From assembly GCA_038230375.1 (NCBI GenBank), contig JBBRNJ010000051.1:1-64000 (forward strand): a DNA stretch of 64,000 bases, written 5' to 3'. This DNA is from Polyangiales bacterium (lineage in GTDB: Bacteria; Myxococcota_A; Polyangia; Polyangiales; Polyangiaceae). A program made the position numbers and the translations under genes. Numbering within the stretch: position 1 is the stretch's first letter; the number at the start of each line of letters is the position of its first letter. Under the pieces are notes generated by a model. The model worked only from the letters and a program-made list of their open reading frames with translations, did no database searches and had not been told where the DNA came from. Positions 58,333-64,000 of this stretch are shown one piece after another.

Positions 58333-59000
58333 TGCGCCGCCTGCTCGTTCGGAGTGTCGGCACCCTGTCCGCGGTCGCGATGCTCGCCATCCTCGTGACG
58401 TCGGTCTCGTGCGCGCGACAGACCGTGGACGTGGGCACGAACGACGCAGCGCCGATCACGCCCACTGTCGCCGCGACCGACGGTAGCGTCTTTCCCTCGG
58501 GCTACGGCTGCGCCAACTGGGTCGACTCGGACCTCATGTCGCTCCGTGGAAATACCTGCACGGGCGGCTGCAGCGACGCCTTCGGTCCACTCTACGCGCT
58601 CGCCACGCAGGAGGAGCTGGAGGCGGCCACGGCCGGGCAATGGCTCTACTGCGGACAGAGCCCATTCGGCCCGTCGGATGCGATCGGGATCGAGTTCGCG
58701 CCGGGCTGCAGGCTCTTCTTCCTGGTCCGAGACCAGAACGGTGACATCGCGCGCGGTACGCTCCAGGCTTACCAGGCGAGCTTCGACATCTACGACCTGT
58801 CCGCGCCTGGTTCGCCCAAGCGCGTTGACATCAACCTGCTCGGCGACGCGGGCGCCGCGACAGAGAAGACCATCACGCTCGACGTGCGCGCCTCGGCTTG
58901 CCCCAACCGGGTCGAGCTCCTCGACAAATCCGGAAAGGTCGTCCTCTCGCTGTCCAGCGATTGCGGCGACGCCGGCTGTCGTCCGCCGGTCGTGAAGTAG
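58329..59000 (+). CDS. Hypothetical Cys-rich lipoprotein
   Basis: Lipobox SVSC; coupled to the upstream gene. Confidence 0.75.
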   Translation: MMRRLLVRSVGTLSAVAMLAILVTSVSCARQTVDVGTNDAAPITPTVAATDGSVFPSGYGCANWVDSDLMSLRGNTCTGGCSDAFGPLYALATQEELEAATAGQWLYCGQSPFGPSDAIGIEFAPGCRLFFLVRDQNGDIARGTLQAYQASFDIYDLSAPGSPKRVDINLLGDAGAATEKTITLDVRASACPNRVELLDKSGKVVLSLSSDCGDAGCRPPVVK

Positions 59001-59059
59001 ATCGCGTAACGCGCCGTCGATTTCGTGACGAGCTCCACGCGGTCATCCCAAGAGCGTGC

Positions 59060-59737
59060 ATGAGTCGAACAATCCTGCTCGCGGCCGCGATCGTCCTCTG
59101 CGTCGCATGCGGTGGCCGCATCCAGCCCACGCAGGACGGAACCGATGACCCGACGACCGGCACCGCGTCTGGAGGGCAAGGCAGCGGCGGCGGGAACGGT
59201 GATGGGACGAACGGCGGCGGGGGTGGCGGCCAGGGAGGCGGCTTCGGCAACGGAGGGACCAGCGGCTCGGGCTCGGGGAGTGACGGTTCGAACGGCGGGA
59301 GCAAGCCTCCGCTGCCCTCTCTCATGCTCGGTCAGTGCTCGCTCGGCGCGACCGGCGGTCCCTCGTTCCCGCAGGCCGTGGGGAAGGCCATGGGACTGAT
59401 CGAGGGCTCCGGGCGCGCCGACTACCTTTCGTGCGAGGTACGAAGCAACGACGACTGGAGCTTCACGCTCGTACCCACGCGCGACCCGCAGGTGAAAACC
59501 ACCGTGCACGCGCAAGGCACACTTGCCGCGTGGCAAGGCGAATGCGGCTGCCCGTCGTGCGACTGCGTGCAGCAGACGTTCGGCACCGTCACCTGCGATG
59601 TCACACCAACGGAGGATGACGGGGCGATCTACCGGGCCTCGTTCGTGTGCGACATTCCGCCGCGCGGCGAGGACCTTCCGGGAACGCACGTGACGGGCGC
59701 GTTCTACGTACAGCCCGTGCCCGATACGCTGAAATAG
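59060..59737 (+). CDS. Hypothetical lipoprotein with Gly-rich linker
   Basis: Lipobox CVAC; CGCPSCDC cluster. Confidence 0.75.
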   Translation: MSRTILLAAAIVLCVACGGRIQPTQDGTDDPTTGTASGGQGSGGGNGDGTNGGGGGGQGGGFGNGGTSGSGSGSDGSNGGSKPPLPSLMLGQCSLGATGGPSFPQAVGKAMGLIEGSGRADYLSCEVRSNDDWSFTLVPTRDPQVKTTVHAQGTLAAWQGECGCPSCDCVQQTFGTVTCDVTPTEDDGAIYRASFVCDIPPRGEDLPGTHVTGAFYVQPVPDTLK

Positions 59738-59741
59738 CGCC

Positions 59742-61244
59742 CTACGGAAGCTGCGGCGCCGCGGCACCGCGCGTGGTCGCACCATGGATCTGGTAGGGCT
59801 CGCCGCGCATACGCTTCCACGCGAGCACTGCGCGCCACGTGAGGTAGGACCGGTTGAACCCGACGATCTGACGCTTGTCGAAGTAGGGGTTCTGGATCCC
59901 ACCGAGCTCCGACAGCAGCAGCACGATCTCCGCGATGCTGATCGGGCAGCCGTCCAGGCGGATGTAAGGGCGCTTCTTCGCCTCCATGATCTTCGCCGTC
60001 ATGGCGGCCATCTTCACGTAAATGTCGTTCGCCTTGACGTCGTGCGGATCGATTCCGCTGCGGTCCTTGTACTTGCTCGTGATCTGCACGAGCTCGCCCT
60101 CGATCTTCCCGTCCCACTTCACGCAGTCGCCGATGAAGACGACCTTCTCGCCGTGGCGGATGTCGAGCGGGCCTTTGTAGTCGCCGAAGACCATGTGGAT
60201 CTTGGGCATCTTCTTGTCGCACTCGGTGTCGTAGAGGCGGAGGATCTCGATGACCTCCTCGAGAACGCCAGGGCAGCCGCCCCAGCAGTAGCCCTTCTCG
60301 TCGTGGCCGGGTGGCGGTCCCGCGTAGGCGTTGATGTTCGTGCCCTCGAAGTACTTCTCGACACGGATGAGACCGCAGCGGAAGCCCTTCGCGCGCTCCT
60401 TCGCCTCCTCGAAGGTGACGTCGCCTGAGAGCGTGATGTCGCTCATCTCCATGGGGCCGAAGCCGCGCTCGTGCGCGAGCTGGATGTGCTCGATGTCGTG
60501 CGGGTCGAGCCCAATGATGCGCGAGCACACGCTGTCGAACGCGACCTGGTTGTTGCCCATGATCACAAGGCTCAGTTCCTTGGGGATGGGCGTGAGCATG
60601 CGCCCTTCGCCGGCGATGATCGCGTCGATCGCGATGAACTGCGGCTGGACGATGTACTGGAGGTCAGCGACCTTCTTGTTGAGCGCGTGATCGTGATCGA
60701 TGAGGCGATGGCGGTCGTCCTGGATGCCAATGTAGTTCTTCATGGAGAACGTCACGGTGGTCCACGGGTGCGCCTTGAACTTGGGAGCGTTGACGAAGAA
60801 GTCCGCCTTCGCAACGGGCTCCGGCGTGAAGATGAAGTCGCGGAGGCGACCTTCGTGCGTGAGCGGGATCTCGACCTGTGGGACCTCGTCAAAGCAGTAG
60901 CGCTTCACGCCGACGCGCTCGAGCATCGGGTCGTAGCCGGCGGCCTCGTACGCGTAGCGCGTGGGGACGGTGATGCCGCAGCGCTCACCCACCGCGAGCT
61001 CTTCCAGATTGCCCTCGCCGCGATCTTGCAGCGCGAGGAGCAAGCCCTCGGTGAACTCCACGCGTGTGTGCGCGTGCTCGAAGAGCGGGCCTGCAGCGAC
61101 CACGTTTGGCTTCACCAGCGTGCGGCCGTACGGTCGCAGGTTCAGCTCTTCCATCGCCTCGCGAATCACCGTGCGAATGCGCTGCGGATCGTAGCTGGGG
61201 ACATGCCGGATGATGACCTTCGCGCGGGTGTCGGGATGCGCCAT
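59742..61244 (-). CDS. DUF362 domain protein with C-terminal Fe-S-like Cys motifs
   Basis: LVKPN, NAPKFKAH..T.SMKN..G, IDAIIAGEG; CWGGC, IGDC, DGCP. Confidence 0.85.
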   Translation of the reverse strand: MAHPDTRAKVIIRHVPSYDPQRIRTVIREAMEELNLRPYGRTLVKPNVVAAGPLFEHAHTRVEFTEGLLLALQDRGEGNLEELAVGERCGITVPTRYAYEAAGYDPMLERVGVKRYCFDEVPQVEIPLTHEGRLRDFIFTPEPVAKADFFVNAPKFKAHPWTTVTFSMKNYIGIQDDRHRLIDHDHALNKKVADLQYIVQPQFIAIDAIIAGEGRMLTPIPKELSLVIMGNNQVAFDSVCSRIIGLDPHDIEHIQLAHERGFGPMEMSDITLSGDVTFEEAKERAKGFRCGLIRVEKYFEGTNINAYAGPPPGHDEKGYCWGGCPGVLEEVIEILRLYDTECDKKMPKIHMVFGDYKGPLDIRHGEKVVFIGDCVKWDGKIEGELVQITSKYKDRSGIDPHDVKANDIYVKMAAMTAKIMEAKKRPYIRLDGCPISIAEIVLLLSELGGIQNPYFDKRQIVGFNRSYLTWRAVLAWKRMRGEPYQIHGATTRGAAAPQLP

Positions 61245-61297
61245 GCCGCGAAGCATAGCCTCTTTTATTGTCGCCGCACTCCCCGTACGCTGCGCGC

Positions 61298-61993
61298 ATG
61301 CGCCTCACGAAGATCGCCGGGATCGCCTCTGGTTTGCTGCTCGGAACGATCGGCGTAGCGCATGCAGAAGAGGCGTCGCCGCAGCCGCCGCAGCCGCCGC
61401 AGTCGCCGCCCACCGCCCAGGGCCCCGCTGCCCCGCGCGAGCCGACGGTGCCCGAGCTCACGGACGCGATGAGCACGTACTTCAAGGGCGAGAAGAACCA
61501 GGGTTACGGGTGGGGCATGGCGGGCCTCGCCGGGCTCACGATGGGCGCCGGACTGTACGCGCTGGACAAGCCGTTCGAGCGCGCGGCCAGCTATCCGATC
61601 TTCATCGTTGGCGTGATCGAGTCGGTGGTCGCTGTGCTCTCGTTCGCACGGCCTGACGGGCGCATCGCAGCGAACAAGGAGCTCATCGCGCAGAACCCGT
61701 CGCTCTTCTTGCAGGAGGAGCGCGCTCGCGTACGCACCGTGAACCGGTTCTTCGTGGGTATCGAGCTGTTCGAGACCGCAGTTGCAATCACGGGCATCGG
61801 GCTCGTTGGTGCAGGGCTGCACGACCACGACAAGACGTTGCAAGGGGTCGGCACGGGCCTCGTGGTCCAGGGCGCAGCCATGTTTCTCCTGGACAGCATC
61901 GCGCACGAGCGCGCGGAGCGCTACGAGCACCTCCTTCTCGGCGGAACCGCCACGAAGGACGGCGCGACCCTCACGATGGGCGCACGCTTCTGA
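61298..61993 (+). CDS. Hypothetical membrane protein
   Basis: Signal ending AHA; four hydrophobic segments; YF.GEK and ERAERY motifs. Confidence 0.75.
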   Translation: MRLTKIAGIASGLLLGTIGVAHAEEASPQPPQPPQSPPTAQGPAAPREPTVPELTDAMSTYFKGEKNQGYGWGMAGLAGLTMGAGLYALDKPFERAASYPIFIVGVIESVVAVLSFARPDGRIAANKELIAQNPSLFLQEERARVRTVNRFFVGIELFETAVAITGIGLVGAGLHDHDKTLQGVGTGLVVQGAAMFLLDSIAHERAERYEHLLLGGTATKDGATLTMGARF

Positions 61994-62020
61994 GGTCCAA
62001 GGTCGCAGGGGCCACTGTGC

Positions 62021-62542
62021 TCAGTAGCAGCAGCACCTGAAATACCCCGGATTCTGGCCGCGGATCGGCTCGTCGCAGCTCGTCATCTCGTAGTCGGGGC
62101 TGAGCCCGCACGTCGCAGCGGCGGCGGACCACGTACCTGCCACGGGAATGCCAAGGAACGTGCAGGTAGTGGTGCTGCAGCACCGTCCGACGCTCGAGCA
62201 GTACTGGCGACACGAGAGGATCTGAGAAGAGAGCGCGCCGTCGCCCGCGCAGGAGTTGAGCTTGGCGGTCTGCGGGTCACCGCATACGGCGCCCGCATCG
62301 GCGTGCGAGCCGGAGTCCATCGGGGTGGTCGTGGCGTCATCGCTCGCGGCATCGACGCCTCCGCCGGTGTCGACGGGCGCTGTGCTGCCCGCGTCGACCT
62401 TCGTGCTCGCGTCCGGGTCCGTGGCGCTCACGCTCTGCGCGGGCGTGTCGTCCACGCGGAGATCGTTCGCCCCAGACAGCACGGTGCAGCCGCCGGCGCA
62501 GGCGATCAGCAGGATGGAGACAAGGTGACGCGCGCCGCTCAT
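62021..62542 (-). CDS. Cys-rich lipoprotein
   Basis: Lipobox AGGC; DAG-type linker; ends RCCCY. Confidence 0.75.
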   Translation of the reverse strand: MSGARHLVSILLIACAGGCTVLSGANDLRVDDTPAQSVSATDPDASTKVDAGSTAPVDTGGGVDAASDDATTTPMDSGSHADAGAVCGDPQTAKLNSCAGDGALSSQILSCRQYCSSVGRCCSTTTCTFLGIPVAGTWSAAAATCGLSPDYEMTSCDEPIRGQNPGYFRCCCY

Positions 62543-63471
62543 GGCAGCTCTCCCACGAGCCCGATGCTGGCGAGCCCGATGAATGGCCGCGCACTCCATC
62601 CAGTGCGAGATTGTGGGGAGGCCTCGGTCCCGCGTCGATCGAGGTAGAACGAGACTCCGCCGAGCGCTGCGCCCGCGAGCGCCACACCGAACGCAACATC
62701 CGAGGCGAGTCCGAAGCCGTTCGCGCCGTCGATGTCGCTCTGAGCGATACGCGGGCAGTGCCCGGCATTGCACGCAGACTTCGCTGCGCTCGCGCGCGAG
62801 AGCGACACTGCGCCGAGCACCGTGCCGGTGACAAGCCCCACTCCCGCCGCACCGAAGCCTGCGAACATGGGCACGCGATACGGCGACTCGGCGCGCACAC
62901 CGGTCAGGGAGACGTGCGCGGTCTTGCCGGGCTCGACGGTCGCGCGTCGCTCGGTCGGATTGCCGCCGGGGGGAGCAAACCGGACCACGTGAACGCCAGG
63001 ATCCGCCGGAAACGGCTCGCTGCTGCTGACATCCACTATCGCGCCGTCGAGCGTGACGACCGCGAGCGGCTCCGCGTGCGAGACCTCGAACGCGATCGCG
63101 CCGATCTGGTCCGCGTACGTGCCCGCGAGCACCGCCGCCTCTGTCCGAGCCTCCTCCCACACGGCCGGCTCGTTGGGCTGCTTCGGGGCCCGCGCGGCCG
63201 TGAGCGCCGCGTCGCGAGCTGCGATGAAGTGGAGAAGCGCCGCGTGCGCTCGCGCAACCTCGACCCCGGTCGTGGGCACATGCATGATCGCGTCCGCGCG
63301 CTCGAACCGATCGAGCGCCTCCGCCCAGCTCTTCGCCGCGACGAAGCGATCGCCCTCGTCCATCAGAGCCCGCGCCCGCGCCTTGTCATCGACAGAGGGC
63401 TCCGCAAGCGCCACGGAAGAAACAGACATGGCGAGCAACCACGCACGCACATGAAAACGGCTAAAAACCAC
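62539..63471 (-). CDS. TPR/PEGA-like domain protein with C-terminal hydrophobic helices
   Basis: ARARALMDEG..WAEALDRFERA, VTLDG, DPGVHVV. Confidence 0.8.
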   Translation of the reverse strand: MVFSRFHVRAWLLAMSVSSVALAEPSVDDKARARALMDEGDRFVAAKSWAEALDRFERADAIMHVPTTGVEVARAHAALLHFIAARDAALTAARAPKQPNEPAVWEEARTEAAVLAGTYADQIGAIAFEVSHAEPLAVVTLDGAIVDVSSSEPFPADPGVHVVRFAPPGGNPTERRATVEPGKTAHVSLTGVRAESPYRVPMFAGFGAAGVGLVTGTVLGAVSLSRASAAKSACNAGHCPRIAQSDIDGANGFGLASDVAFGVALAGAALGGVSFYLDRRGTEASPQSRTGWSARPFIGLASIGLVGELP

Positions 63472-64000
63472 GGTCTTTCTTCTTTCTGGCAGGAACGGCA
63501 GACGCCGACGGAGCAGGAGGAAGCGCCGAAGGCGCCACCACGGGAATCACCACCGAGACAGCAGCCCAGGAGGAGGGAAGGGGCGAGGTCGAGGTCGAAG
63601 TCGAGGTCGATGTCGAGGTCGATGTCGATGTCGAGGTCGATGTCGAAGTCGAAGTCGATGTCGGAGTCGGAGTCGGAGTCGGAGTCGGAGTCGAAGTCGA
63701 TGTCGATGTCGATGTCGAAGTCGTCAATATCGTCCTCCCTCCCGCCACGACGATGATCACCGTCAGCACCCCCATCACTCCCATCACACCCGCTCGTATC
63801 GCGGCCTTCCTGTCTGCCGGCTTGCGCTTTCCGGACGGCAGGCTTGCGAACGAGCTGCTCTTCGAGCTCGACACTGGCGAGAGCGAGGTGCCGCGCGGGA
63901 GCTCGTGCGGCGATGCGACCGCTGCGATGAACGCATCGGACATCTCGCGTGCGGTGGCGAAGCGCGCGTCGCGATCGCGCTGGAGTGCGCGTTCGAGCCA
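63461..64000 (-). CDS. C-terminal part of a probable Ser/Thr kinase (partial, runs off the window)
   Basis: Reads LERALQRDRDARFATAREM (subdomain XI-like), then TM helix and Thr/Ser linker. Confidence 0.7.
   Translation of the reverse strand, partial: WLERALQRDRDARFATAREMSDAFIAAVASPHELPRGTSLSPVSSSKSSSFASLPSGKRKPADRKAAIRAGVMGVMGVLTVIIVVAGGRTILTTSTSTSTSTSTPTPTPTPTPTSTSTSTSTSTSTSTSTSTSTSTSTSPLPSSWAAVSVVIPVVAPSALPPAPSASAVPARKKKDRGF
63585..63725. repeat. GTCGAN/GTCGGA hexamer array encoding (Thr-Ser/Pro)n
   Basis: Directly visible. Confidence 0.9.

Overview
GC-rich, gene-dense 64 kb chromosomal segment. The gene content suggests a myxobacterium, probably Polyangiales; this is inferred from the multiple Pkn2-type Ser/Thr kinases, CarF, a GltG/AgmX-like protein, a myxosortase-like CPBP protease, many Cys-rich lipoproteins and ECF/anti-sigma modules. 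About 57 CDS and one tRNA-Ala(GGC) are supported. No transposase, integrase, phage gene or CRISPR array was seen. Recognisable genes: gpsA, lepB, double-length uvrA, nadC, birA, carF, photolyase, and a salicylyl/anthraniloyl-CoA monooxygenase. The most interesting locus (38.2-43.1 kb) is a predicted outer-membrane beta-barrel translationally coupled to a secreted 13-heme cytochrome c. It is followed by a small acidic protein and a lipoprotein with an atypical CX5CH heme-like motif, making a candidate porin-cytochrome electron conduit. Two window-wide signals also stand out: TAnnnT boxes 5-9 nt upstream of about 16 start codons (apparent leaderless transcription), and a dispersed family of TCGA-core hexamer arrays found both between genes and as Thr/Ser or Glu/Ser linkers. 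All family calls come from motif recognition by eye; no searches were run.
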